From NCBI GenBank assembly GCA_965237955.1, contig OZ250169.1, forward strand, positions 7,840,001-7,904,000: DNA of 64,000 nucleotides, in the 5' to 3' direction. This stretch comes from Candidatus Marinacidobacterales bacterium. Lineage in GTDB: Bacteria > Acidobacteriota > Vicinamibacteria > Marinacidobacterales > SMYC01. A program made the position numbers and the translations under genes. Shown here in pieces: positions 24,838 through 36,509 of this stretch. The number at the start of each line of letters is the position of its first letter. Position 1 is the first letter of the stretch. A model generated the notes under the pieces. That model saw only the letters and a program-made list of their open reading frames with translations, had not been told where the DNA came from and made no database searches.

Positions 24838-26020
24838 TTGCTACGCGGCTGCGGGCAGTGGTACAGGTGCGGAAGAGACCGGGTTGCGCGCCCTAGTGAG
24901 CAGGAAAACCTCGATCCGCAACCACAAAGGAATCGTCGTCGCCAAGAAGATGTCTCGAAAGGTGAGCCGTCGCGTCGTCAGACCAGCCTGCATAGCCGGA
25001 GTTCGGATCTCACGTCCGAACTTCAGAGCTCCGTGCGGTCGGACGAAGTTGTAATAGCAACGGAGCAACTCCAGGTGCTCATCGAGCCTCTCCGTCGAGC
25101 GAGCGTGGGAAAGCGTTCGTCTCGAAAGGTATGCCGAGCTTTGCCGGATGGTCAGATTCAACCGCTCGATGAACGACGTGTTCAATGTCGAAGAGTCCTC
25201 GGAGTTATTGAGCGCGTCTTCGAATCGCCACGCGGCTCCGTGCAGCGCTCTCCGTTCGACCTTGATGATACGATCGTTCCTGCGAGTTTTGAGGACTTGG
25301 CCGTAGAGACACGCTGGCCCGAAGAAGCGACGGATGACCTTCTGGTAGAATTCGAATCCATCCGTAACGATCAAGGGAAGATGCTCGAAATTCATCCGCC
25401 TCGAAAGGTCGTGAAACAGAGCGTGAGTGTTCCGGTAGCTTCGCCTTCCCGTCACCGTCGATGGCCAGAGCCGAGACCAGACCTCGATCGTAACGAAGAC
25501 CCAACTCGGCGTCTTCTTGTCGCCCGCGAACGTGCGAATCTCGTCGGCTTGAAGCTCTTCGGCAGCGAAGCCGGCGATCCTTGTGTGGTTGAATTGACGA
25601 CACACTTGGGCTGCCTTCTCGAGCCAGCGGGCGACGGTGTTCCAGGCAATCCCTTCGATCCGGGAAATCGCGGAAATGCTGATACCCTCGACTCTGAGAG
25701 CGATGACCACATCGAAAGTAGCTCTTCGATGTTGGAGACGGTAGTAGGGCGTGCCTTTCGTCGAGGAGAACGTCTTTCCGCACTCGCCGCACCGGTATCG
25801 ACGGCGTTTCCCGGACCTGGTTCGGTAGAATCCGTGGCGAACGATGTTTCCGGAACTGACTTTGCCCCGCAACGGACATGCGGGATTGAGACATCTGCTA
25901 TTCTTCACTTCGGCTCGGCCCTGACGATGAGAGAACTGTGTCTTCAGAATTCTGGTTCAAACTCTAGCACGCGAACGGGTTACGCGGCAGCCACCAACAC
26001 TTCATGGCGGAAGCACCCAC

Positions 26021-26356
26021 ATGCGAGTGAAGTCGGTCATCGCCCGCGTGAGCCGCGAGGGCGACACGTACAAAGCGCTCGGTTTCGTCTTGAACGACGG
26101 GACGCCGCTCGAATCCGTCGAGGTGCGCGTCGATGACGGCCCGTGGCAAAAAGCGTCGATGGAGCCCTCGGCAGGCAAATATGCGTGGAAGCTCTTCACG
26201 TATATTTGGACGGGCGCAAGCCCTGGAGAGCATACGTTGGTCTCGAGGGCAACGGATACAGAAGGTCGGGTCCAGCCGGTTCGCGAAGACCTCGCGAACA
26301 AGAAGACTTTCTTGGAAGACAACTCCCAGCATCCGCGCACGATCATGATTTCCTGA
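26021..26356 (+). pseudogene. Sulfite-oxidase-like Mo enzyme, C-terminal dimerisation fragment
   Basis: VEVRVDDGPW..A, YAWKLF, GEHTLVSRATD..G..QP; begins at the IS1 end. Confidence 0.75.
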
Positions 26357-26374
26357 TCGACGCGCCCACCGCGT

Positions 26375-27067
26375 GTGTCGAAAAAGAACAAGGCGCCCTG
26401 GATTCTTGCGGGCGCCATCGTCGGTACGTTAGCTCTCTACGTGGCGCCCTATGGGCGCTACGTTGCCTATCCACTTTTGCTGCTCTCGACCTACGCCCAC
26501 GAAATGGGCCATGGGCTGACCGCCCTCCTGGTGGGGGGCACATTCGAGTCGCTCGTCATATTCGCAGACGGCTCGGGCGTCGCTTATTTGGGCATCCCGG
26601 ATAGCCGGCTCGCCCGCGCGGCCACGTCCGCGGGTGGATTGGTGGGACCTGCTCTTCTCGCGGCGGTGTTTTTCTGGCTCGCCAAGCGACCTAAAACCGC
26701 CCATGCCGGCCTCATGATCTTTGGGGTCGCGAGTCTCGTGGCGCTCGTGCTCGTCGTACGAAACCCTGTCGGATGGTTTCTCGTCGGCGCGCTCGGCGCC
26801 GGCTCGGTCGTCTTGGCGGTGAAGTCGAGCCCTCATGCGGCGCAAGTCGTCCTCGCGTTCATGGCCGTACAGCTGAGCCTCAGTGTCTTCTCGCGCGGCG
26901 ACTATCTCTTCACGCAATCGACCGGGGTCGGCCCGTCAGACGTCGCCCAGATGGCAGAGGCGCTCTGGCTCCCCTATTGGTTCTGGGGCTTCGTTTGCGG
27001 GGCCATTTCGGTGGCCGTATTGATGACGGGAATGCGCAGCTTCCTGCGAGCCGCGCCGAGCGGCTGA
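26375..27067 (+). CDS. M50B-like membrane metallopeptidase
   Basis: HEMGH, AGGLVGP, SD..MA; multiple TM helices. Confidence 0.85.
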   Translation: MSKKNKAPWILAGAIVGTLALYVAPYGRYVAYPLLLLSTYAHEMGHGLTALLVGGTFESLVIFADGSGVAYLGIPDSRLARAATSAGGLVGPALLAAVFFWLAKRPKTAHAGLMIFGVASLVALVLVVRNPVGWFLVGALGAGSVVLAVKSSPHAAQVVLAFMAVQLSLSVFSRGDYLFTQSTGVGPSDVAQMAEALWLPYWFWGFVCGAISVAVLMTGMRSFLRAAPSG

Positions 27068-27131
27068 GCTAAGACTCGGCGCGCGCAGCATGGTGCTTGC
27101 GCTGTTTACTGTTGGTAATATGTACGCATCC

Positions 27132-27653
27132 CGTCCTGTGCCAAAACTCGGCCCTCTTGAAATAGACCACAAATCAGCAACTTAGACGCCCTTGGAATCC
27201 GCCGACCCTTGGGCTGCGGGGCGAGCTGCGGGCAGCGGACTGCGCACCCGGAAGCCCCCGTCGTGTCCGCAAATACGAACGAACTCACCACCTCGGGCCT
27301 TTGGAAAGGTGCAAACTGCTGACCCGTTGGGCGTTCGAGTATTTGGACTAGACGGGCTCCTTCATCACTATTATAGTCGGCACCCTGGGCATCAGCGGGG
27401 GAACTGTCCGGCCCAGCAGGCTTCTGGTCAGGCTCCATCGCGGTAGGGTCGAGGGCTGGCACGGTGCTCCGTAGGCGCGGCCTATCTGTTTCTCCCCGTT
27501 TCCTGTGGGAGTGTCCGTAAGGTCAAAATACTCATGCGGCTTCCCTATGGTAGAAACGTAGCAACCCGCCAAGCCGTTCACGGGAGCGCACCATAGACAC
27601 TAAGCTGCTGATTTATGGTCTATTTCAAAAGGGCCGAGTTTTGGCACAGGACG
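27132..27653. mobile_element. Non-autonomous mosaic element bounded by inverted 'A' ends
   Basis: CGTCCTGTGCC...GGCACAGGACG; interior shared with 42226-42617, 20630-20890 and 1949-2124. Confidence 0.75.
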
Positions 27654-28462
27654 GGCTACCTATAGTCAACGGTTATAGCACCAACTACCCATTGGCTCAC
27701 TACTTCATTCTGGATCAGCTCGTCACGATGTTCCCCAACATCGACTCGTTGCGGCTTCTCCGGGCTCTGGGAGTACGCTACGTGGTCTTTCACCCCGACT
27801 ACGGACGCTACCCGGAGGTAAGGCATGCAGCGAGACGCTTCGAGCGCAGGCTGGCTGCCTACAGTGAAAATCTCGAGCTGGTCAAGGAGTTCGGCGACCG
27901 GGGTGTGTTCGACTCTGACCTCGGCGCTTTGGGTGGCGAACGCATCTACCGCATTTCGCCCCAGGAGCCTCCCTCAGTCAAGGTCGAGACAGACGATTGG
28001 CCTCGACTGGAACTGAACAGGTGGCGATGCGAGACGCTGAGCCGCCACAGCGGCTGCGAAGCGGCATTCGACGGGCGGCTCGACACCTACTTCACCACCA
28101 AGGTCGCGCAGACGAGTGGCGATTTCGTCCGGCTGCGACTTCCCCGGCCCGTGCGCCTGAGAGGCGTCTCGATCGTCATGGGGAGTTATTCTCACGAGTA
28201 TCCCCGCCGACTCGAGTTGTTCGCGGAGACCAAAGGCACGCTGCGACTACTCGCCGACTGGAAGGATCTCGACAGCGTAGAGTATCTCGGTGACCTGCTC
28301 GAATCGCCCGAGCGTGCCTCGATGGACTACAGCTTCGAGCCGGTCGAGGTCACTGTGTTGCTCGCCAGGATAGGTCCGGGCGTGGACGGTTCGCGACCAC
28401 TGCACCACCACGTTATGCACCCGTGGATTCTTCCAGAGATCGAGCTACTGCCTGCTCCTTGA
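27654..28462 (+). pseudogene. 5'-truncated protein with discoidin-like C-terminus
   Basis: IVNGYS, LGVRYVVFH, AFDGRLDT; begins at the repeat tip. Confidence 0.6.
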
Positions 28463-28724
28463 AGTGAACCTGGCATGTTGGAGGGGTCGGTCAGCCCGGC
28501 TCTACTCGACTTGATAATACCAGCGAAGTCTTCATCGACGCCGGCGTGTCCGAAACCTGGAACCGGTGGGGTGAGCGTGGAGTCGTAACAGCGCCGACTA
28601 CGAATTCACCGAAGCATCAGCCCACGGTCTGGGCAGCCTGACCCCGATCCAAGGAGGCCAGATTGACGCCGATTTATGTCTCGCGCCTCGCGAGTGGCTG
28701 GCCCGGCCCAATTGTCGAGTATCT

Positions 28725-29538
28725 CGTCGTGTCCGAAAATGCGAACGGAGCCGAAAGCTCGAATCCTGGAGGCGTTCTCGAGATTCGCGGAGACCAGCCG
28801 ACGCGGTACTGGCTCTGCGATAGGCGACCTCGAGCAGACCTCTCCTGCAGACCATCCGTTTCGTCCAGCTGGCGCGCCCGAACTCCTATGCGGCGTCGCG
28901 GTGGTAATAGCTGAGCAAGCCGCCCAATCGCTTACGACATCGCACCTTCCCGTGAGGACTGCCGACGCATTCTTCCGCTTCTAGCAACGCGTTCCCGAGC
29001 CCTTGATGGTTGCGCTCTCCGTGATAATGATGGATGAACTCAGCGACGGCACGGCGCAGCGATTGCTCACTGAAGAAGATCATCCGCTCCAAGCACTCGC
29101 TCTTGATCGACAAAACAAACCTTTCGACGTAAGCGTTCAGATTCGGCGAACGGTGCGGCAGCCGAATGACGTCCGTTCCGGCGTGCTCGAGTAAATCGCG
29201 AAACTCCGTGGTGAACTTCTTGTCGCGGTCCAGGATGAGGAATCGCTTGCCGCGCAGAAAGCCGTCGAATGGGTCGGTGAGATTCCGACCGACCTGCATC
29301 ATGAACGGGCCATCCGGCCCCGGAGTGATTCCGGCAATGTGCGCTTTTCGCGAAGACAGCTCGATGACGACGAGCACATAGTAGGTCACGAGCCTGCGAA
29401 CTGTGGCGACCTCGACGGTGAAGAAGTCGGTCGCAGCAACGGTTTCCCAATGGGCGGCGAGAAACGTGCGCCATGGCGTTCGCTCACTTCGCTCCGGCGC
29501 AGGCTCGATGCCATGTTCTCGCTGAATATTGGCGATGG
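28725..29538 (-). mobile_element. Second rve-type IS, right part (transposase fragment 28886-29538)
   Basis: ATDFFTVEV, ILDRD, YVERF, RLGGLLSYYHRDAA; 'C'-type end at 28725. Confidence 0.85.
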
Positions 29539-30357
29539 CGTCCTGTGCCAAAACTCGGCCTTTTTGAAATAGGCCATAAATCAGAAACTTAGTGTCTGTG
29601 TTTGCGACCGGGCCAAGGGCCGTGGGCTTTACAATCGTCTTGGGCGGGCGGGTCGTCACCATGCAGATGACCACCTAGTCGAGAGCGAATATCGAAGCGT
29701 GTGCCTGAAGCTGTTTTCACGCTACGCCGAGCGGGCCCACCAAGGGGCTACCGTCGCCGGCGACCATCTACGCGGCACGGCAGTAGTAGTTGAGAATGCC
29801 CTCAAGTCGCGCTTGCCGGCAGAGGTGTAATGAGCTCGTTGCCGAGACCTTGGTGGTTCCGTTCTGTGTGATAGTGCACTACGTATTCGGTTATCGCTGT
29901 CCGCAAGTGTCGCTCATTGAGAGGTACGAAGCGGTCGAAACACTCTCGACGTATGGAGAGAACGAATCTTTCCGCGTATGCGTTCAGATTCGGACTATTG
30001 GCGGGAAGGCGGAGGGCGTCCTGTGCCAAAACTCGGCCCTTTTGAAATAGGCCATAAATCAGCAACTTAGTGTCTGTGTTTGCGACCGGGCCAAGGGCCG
30101 TGGGCTTGACAATCGTCTTGGGCGGGCGGGTCGTCACCATGCAGATGACCACCTAGTCGAGAGCGAATATCGAAGCATGTTCCTGAAGCTGTTTCCACGC
30201 TACGCCGGTCGAGCCCGCCGAGGGGCTACCGTCGCAGGCGACAATCTACGCGGCACGGCAGTAGTAGTTGAGAATGCCCCCAGGTCGCTCTCGCGACACG
30301 ATGGGGCCAGTGTCATTCGCGCTTGCCGGCAGAGGTGTGAGGAGCTCGTTGCCGAGA
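29539..30357 (-). mobile_element. Two tandem right-end fragments of the 'A' IS
   Basis: Tips at 29539 and 30017, each followed by sequence matching 34799 onward. Confidence 0.85.
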
Positions 30358-31095
30358 TGTGCCTTCTATTTATTCATCCGCGCGCCCCGAACTTGATTAG
30401 TCTCCGGTCTGCCAGCACCATGCCGGCATGATTTCGTCGTTTGTTCGCGCTCTCATCTCTGCCTTCAAGGCTCGTCGCAAGCTAGCTCTTGAGAATGTCG
30501 CTCTTCGGCAGCAGCTCGCCGTTCTCCGTCGTTCGGTGAAACGGACGCGGCTCTCGAATGTCGACCGCGGGTTTTGGGTGCTGTTGCGTAGAATCTGGAC
30601 TGACTGGGAGAGCGTCCTCGTCATCGTGAAACCTGAGACGGTCGTCCGCTGGCACCGTTGTGGGTTCAGACGATATTGGGTGTGGAAGAGTCGACGGCGT
30701 AGGCCCGGACGACCAGGCGTCGCTCCCGAAATACGTGAGCTGATACGGAACATGAGCAGGGCCAACCCTCTCTGGGGAGCTCCCCGCGTGTATGGCGAGC
30801 TGGCAAAGCTGGGCATCTCCATTTCCCAGGCCGCCGTCTCCAAGTATATGGTTCGCCATCGCACGCCACCGTCCCCTACTTGGCGGAGCTTTCTTGATAA
30901 TCATGCAAACGACTTGGTGTCGCTCGACTTTTTCACTTTGCCGACCGCAACCTTCAGAGTTCTGTTCGTCTTCATCGTCCTTCGCCACGACCGTCGCCGT
31001 ATCGTTCATTTCAATGTCACCGAACATCCTTCTGCTGAGTGGACGGCGCAGCAAATGGTCAATGCTTTTCCATGGGACACGGCGCCTCGGTACCT
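30358..31095 (+). mobile_element. Third rve-type IS, left part (TGT end 'E'; transposase fragment from 30428)
   Basis: LENVALRQQL, VKPETVVRWHR, NPLWGAPR, SLDFF. The same left end recurs at 14382, 32271, 62001 (+) and ~6239, 42790 (-). Confidence 0.85.
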
Positions 31096-31353
31096 CGTCC
31101 TGTGCCAAAACTCGGCCCTTTTGAAATAGACCATAAATCAGCAGTTTAGTGTCTGTGTTTGCGACCGGGCCAAGGCGGCGCAAGGGTCGTGAGTTCGTTT
31201 GTGTTTTTGGACACGACGGGCAACACCGCGCTCCAAGAGATGAGCGAATCCGCGACAACGAATCCAGGAAGTCCACAACGGACGCCACAGGAAACCCGGT
31301 ACAGCAGGAAACCCGGAACTCGGGAAACCCAGAGAGTGAAGGGAGAGCCTATA

Positions 31354-31545
31354 TCAGAAGAGCGTATAGATGAAGGGCGCAGCTCCGCTTCCGCTGAGAA
31401 AGACGAGAAAGCCGAGTCCGAGGATGACGACGAGGATGGGCAGCAGCCACCACTTCTTGTTGTATTTCAGGAAGTCCCGAAACTCGGAGGCGAGACTCTG
31501 GCGGTCTTCCTGAGCGAGCTGAGCCAGATCGTCGTCTTTTGGCAC
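31354..31545 (-). CDS. DUF5989/SxtK-like small membrane protein
   Basis: FLKYNKKWWLLPI...APFIYTLF. Confidence 0.85.
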   Translation of the reverse strand: MPKDDDLAQLAQEDRQSLASEFRDFLKYNKKWWLLPILVVILGLGFLVFLSGSGAAPFIYTLF

Positions 31546-31564
31546 CAACGTGTCCTCCCGTCCG

Positions 31565-32005
31565 CTAAAACTGACGGAAATAGTCCTTTTTGTCAAAAGC
31601 CTCCGGCAGATCGACCCAGTAGCTTTTCTGTTCGGGTTCCCACCGGCGCGTGAGGGGATCGCGACCGATCAGCCGAAAGAACAGTGCGATGGGCGTCAGT
31701 AGCCCGTAGAAAAGAACCGCGAGCACAACGTGCGAGAGGACCCATCCGATGGGAAAGGTCACGACCCCGAGAAGGACGAACAGCGGTCGGTTGGCGGCGG
31801 GCTTCAGCAGGGAGAACGCACCCGAAAGCAATCCGAGCCCCCACAAAACGTACGCCGTCGGCCGCGCCGCAGAGCCAAGCGCCACGCCGAAGATACTTCC
31901 CTTCCAGAGGATCAGGCCACCGAGGAGCGCAAAAGCTCCCAGAGCGATGAACCCGAACTGCCGTAGTTGCCGGCTCGATGGGTCGAGAGTTAGCTGGACG
32001 ATCAT
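31565..32005 (-). CDS. SxtJ-family membrane protein
   Basis: LRQFG, FY.LLTPI...R..GRDPL, SYW, RQF. Confidence 0.85.
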   Translation of the reverse strand: MIVQLTLDPSSRQLRQFGFIALGAFALLGGLILWKGSIFGVALGSAARPTAYVLWGLGLLSGAFSLLKPAANRPLFVLLGVVTFPIGWVLSHVVLAVLFYGLLTPIALFFRLIGRDPLTRRWEPEQKSYWVDLPEAFDKKDYFRQF

Positions 32006-32008
32006 GAT

Positions 32009-32209
32009 CTAGTCCAGCTGGAACCGTGCCAGATACATGTCGATTTCGTGCCGGGTGGCTTGCGGCTGGTCGTCCTTCTCAAGGAGGACGTTCCCGATGA
32101 CGAGCGCATCCATGTTGGTGGCCATGAAGCAACGATAGGCGTCCTCCGGCGTACACACGATCGGCTCTCCCCTCACGTTGAAGCTTGTATTGATGATCAC
32201 CGGGCACCC
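32009..32209 (-). pseudogene. Carbamoyltransferase C-terminal fragment
   Basis: GCPVIINTSFNVRGEPIVCTPEDA; cut at tip 32210. Confidence 0.9.
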
Positions 32210-32666
32210 CGTCCTGTGCCAAAACTCGGCCCTTTTGAAATAGACCATTAATCAGCAGCTTAGTGTCTGTTGTGCCTTCTATTTATTCATCCGCGCGTCC
32301 CGAACTTGATTGATCTTCGGTCTACCAGCACCATGCCGGCATGATTTCGTCGTTGGTTCCCGCTCTCATCTCTGCCTTCAAGGTTCGTCGCGAGCTAGCT
32401 CTCGAGAATGTCACTCTTCGGGAGCAGCTCGCCGTCCTCCACCATTCCGTGAAACGGCCGCTGGTTTTGGTGCCGCGTAACCCGCTCGTGTGCTAGAGTT
32501 TGAGCCTGATTTCGAGAGACGCAGTTCTTTCGGCGATGCGGGCTGGGCTGACCACACGGTGCCTGACGTTCAGAGACACCTTCGTGTGCACGCCGACATC
32601 CTCATTAATGGCGTTCGCCGACACAGGCAGACCAGCTGACACTAGCATTCAAACACGGCGTAGCAA

Positions 32667-34091
32667 CATATCTGGACTCCTCTAGTCAAGCCCCTTTCTT
32701 AATAAATCTTCCATCGAAGCTGCGCATCCATCGCGTCGTGACGAGTGGGTCAGACTGCAAACGTATCTTCGGCCTCAGTGAGGAGCGTCTTGGGTGCTCC
32801 GGGCCATGATGGAAAATCCGCGCGCGAGGAGCCAATCACTTTGAACGACCTCTTAGGGCCAGTGTTGCTATCGGCTTGACCCCGCGCCGGTCCGACCGGT
32901 ACGCCATCAGTTGGATGGGTATCGTCGCAGCCTCTTTTGGAAGGGAAAAAGGAAAACACGAAAGTGGAGCCTCTAAGTCTAAGCGGCCATCGGCGACTGG
33001 AATTCACTCTCGCGGGTGGAGACGGCCCAGACGATCCGGGCGAGTTTGTTGGCGACAGCAATCACGGCCTTGTTGTGTCCCCGCGAGCGGTGGACCTTCC
33101 GAGCCCAGGCGCGGAGCTTGTCGGGCGGGCTCTTACTGACGTTCGCCGCGCGGAGCACGGCGCGCCCGCCCTGGGTGAGGAGCATACGGAGGTAGGAGTC
33201 GCCACGCTTGGTGATGCGTCCGAGGCGGCGAATGTCGCCACTGGAGTTTTCCTTGGGAACTAGGCCGAGGTAGCTCGAGAAGCGGCGCCCCGATGGGAAG
33301 CGGCGAAGATCGCCGACGAAGCCCACGATGGCGGTCGCGGTCAGAAGTCCGATGCCGGGAATGGCGAGAAGTCGTTGGACTTCAGGAAGCTGCTTGGTGA
33401 GCGCCTTGAGCTCGTGCTCGATGCCAGCGCACTTGTCCTTGAGTTCTCGAATCTCGGAGCAGGCATCACGGAGATGCGAACGGAGCACGTCGGGCAAATC
33501 AGAATCAGCGTCTTCGACGAGTTCGAAGAGGGCGGGCACGACGAAGTGAGCGCCCTTTGGGATGATGAATCCGAGTTCGCGCAGGATCCCGCGTACGGCA
33601 TTGATGCGTGCGGTCCGTGTGGAGAGCCATCCTGAGCGCAGGCGATGGAGCGCGGCGAGGCTGTGCTGGTGCACGGACTTAATGGGCACGGGAAGAATCT
33701 CCTCGTTCCTGTAGGCCTCGAGCAACGCTTTGGCGTCGGCGCGGTCGTTCTTGCTCCCGCGTCGATAGGGCCTCACGAGGTGAGGTGGGAGCAGGACGAC
33801 GTCGTGTCCCAACCTTCGGAACGTCCTTGCCCAGAAGTGAGCAGAGCCGCAGGCTTCGAGAAGCACGGTGGCAGCGCTCTGTTTGGCAAAAAACGACACC
33901 AACTTGGGTCGACTCACACGGAGTTGCTTGGACACCTTCCCCGCTTCTCCCGAGATGGCAATCTCGAAGACGTTCTTTGCAAGATCCACAGCGATCGTCG
34001 TATCTTTCATTCGGACTCCTCCTTTTCGATGCGTATTCGACTGACTTTGGCACATCGATGCCGTCTATGTCAGCGGAGGAGTCCATTCCAT
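32667..34091 (-). mobile_element. IS1111-type copy 2 (transposase 32979-34010), inserted in the right IR of an IS1 deletion derivative (~32465-34127)
   Basis: Identical protein to copy 1; same target AAG-TG-TTGCTAC. Confidence 0.95.
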
Positions 34092-34138
34092 CACTTGATG
34101 GCGGAAGCACTTGATGGCGGAAGCACCGAATAGAGTCC

Positions 34139-34798
34139 ATGCCGACGGCAAGAACCAGCGAGAGCCACCCACTGCGCATCACGGCTATGACCCTGGGCGA
34201 CGGCCGTGGCCGGATCGGCTTCTCGCAGTGCCCCGGTAGGATCGATCACTACGCAATATCCGGGCCCTGGAAGCGGGATCTCGACACCGACCTCGACGCG
34301 ATTCAGCGCTGGGGAGCGACTGCGGTGGTCAGCCTGATCACCCACGAAGAGATCCCCGATCTGAAGGTGCACGATCTCCCGAGGGCGGTTCGAGACCGGC
34401 ACATGGAGTGGTGGCATGCCCCGATTCCCGACGGAGAGGCACCGGAACAGGACTTCGAGCACGCCTGGAAGGCCACCGGCGAGTCCATCAGGAACCGGCT
34501 GCGGCTCGGCTTCGACGTGCTGCTCCACTGCCGGGGTGGTCTGGGACGCGCCGGGACCATCACAGCCCGCCTGCTGGTGGAGTTGGGCGTGCAACCGGAC
34601 GATGCGATCCGCCGCGTGCGCGACGCCCGCGAATGGACCATCGAGAACGGCTCCCAGCTGGCTCACGTGAGGCAGTGTTCGGCACAAGCACCATCGGTTC
34701 CATCCCGGACCGCGGACGACATCCACGACCGGGCGCTCGGGGCCTTCCTCGGTCTGGCGGTGGGCGACGCGGTCGGCACGACGCTCGAATTCTGCTCC
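34139..34798 (+). pseudogene. CDKN3-like Cys phosphatase fused to ADP-ribosylglycohydrolase (truncated)
   Basis: HCRGGLGRAG; DRALGAFLGLAVGDAVGTTLEF cut at tip 34799. Confidence 0.88.
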
Positions 34799-36226
34799 CG
34801 TCCTGTGCCAAAACTCGGCCCTTTTAAAATAGGCCATAAATCAGCAACTTAGTGTCTGTGTTTGTGACCGGGCCAAGGGCCGTGGGCTTTACAATCGTCT
34901 TGGGCGGGCGGGTCGTCACCATGCAGATGACCACCTAGTCGAGAGCGAATATCGAAGCGTGTTCCTGAAGCTGTTTCCACGCTACGCCGGTCGAGCCCGC
35001 CGAGGGGCTACCGTCGCCGGCGACAATCTACGCGGCACGGCAGTAGTAGTTGAGAATGCCCCCAAGTCGCTCTCGCGACACGATGGGGCCAGCGTCATTC
35101 GCGCTTGCCGGCAGAGGTGTGAGGAGCTCGTTGCCGAGACCTTGGTGGTTCCGTTCTGTGTGATAGTGCACTACGTATTCGGTTACCGCTGTGCGCAGGT
35201 GTCGCTCACTGAGAGGTACGAAGCGGTCGAGACACTCTCGACGTATGGAGAGAACGAATCTTTCCGCATATGCGTTCAGATTCGGACTATTGGCGGGAAG
35301 GCGCAGGGGCTTCACGCCTGAATCTCTCAACAGCCCACGTACCGCCTCGGTGAATAGCGGGTCCCGGTCGTGGATGAGGTATCGCTTGCCAAGGAGGAAA
35401 CCATCCCACATGTCAGTGAGGTTTCTTGCCACCTGCTTCATCCACTCCCCGTTGGGGTCCGACGTTATCCCACCGATGCACACGCAGCGAGTGGCGATAT
35501 CGATGACAAACAGGACATGGTAGCGGACGAGCCCGAACGGGTTCACAACCTCGACGGTGAACAGGTCTGTCGCAGCGATGGCGCCCCAATGAGCCTTGAT
35601 GAAGGTGCTCCACGACATGCTCTTGCCCCGCTCCGGCGCAGGCGCGATACCGTGCTCGGCGAGGATCCTCTTGATAGTGTTGCGTCCGAGTTCATGTCCT
35701 AGGTTCTTGAGTGCGCCTCGCAGGCGCGTATATCCCCACGTCGGGTTCTCCTGCGCCACGCGCACAATGAGCTCACGGATGTCCTTCGCCGTCGGAGGCC
35801 GGCCTGGGCTCCGGTTCTTGCTGCCATCGTACTTGGCTGCGATGAGGCAGCGGTACCAACGCAGAAGCGTAGCGGGTGTGGCAACGGACGCAATCTGGGC
35901 CAGCGCCTCGCGGCCCAAAGCCTGGGCCTTGACGGCGAGCCTGCGCCGCTCGTCGTCCGAGAGCCTGAGACGCTTGCCCCGAAGCCCGGCTCGGAGCACA
36001 CGGTTCTCCTCTTGCAGGTAGTCGATCACATCCTGCTGCTGGCGGTTGACCCAGCCAGCTAGAACGAGCAGTAGGAATTGCACGTGGTACGTCATCATGG
36101 ATCTGAAGATAACACCCTCGGGCCAGACGATTGTAAAGCCTACGGCCCTTGGCCCCGGCGCAAACACAGACACTAAGCTGCTGATTTATGGTCTATTTCA
36201 AAAGGGCCGAGTTTTGGCACAGGACG
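34799..36226 (-). mobile_element. Complete rve-type DDE IS ('A' element; transposase 35028-36098)
   Basis: ~100-bp imperfect TIRs starting CGTCCTGTGCCAAAACTC; ATDLF/HDRD/AERF triad; RLGGILNYY. Confidence 0.9.
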
Positions 36227-36509
36227 GGGAGCGGGCCGCTGACAAGGCCGTGCAGCGTCGGAAAAGAAGCCATCCGGGAGGCCCAAGAATCGAGCTCGGG
36301 GCTACCGCGGCGTAGCTGGCCTAGCCCGTTCTGGTCCAGGTGCGGCCCTGGCCTTATGGATATCCCGTCCTGTGCCAAAACTCGGCGCTTTTGAAATAGA
36401 CCATAAATCAGCAGCTCAGTACCTGTGTTTGCGACCGGACCAAGGGCCCATCGATAGGCGATCTTCTTTTATGCGGATCACAACGAGGCATGGCATACTC
36501 TGTAAGCGT

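Larger units (their letters stand above)
23055..26017 (-). mobile_element. IS1-family element (transposase 24841-25908), right IR split by IS110
   Basis: IR GGTGCTTCCGCCATSAAGTGTTG; Zn ribbon RYRCGECG, QADE, VTDG, NTSFIERLN. Confidence 0.85.

Noticed and set aside
31354-32209. Saxitoxin biosynthesis (sxtIJK)
   Set aside because: This trio is widespread outside toxin clusters, the carbamoyltransferase is a fragment, and no other sxt genes are present.
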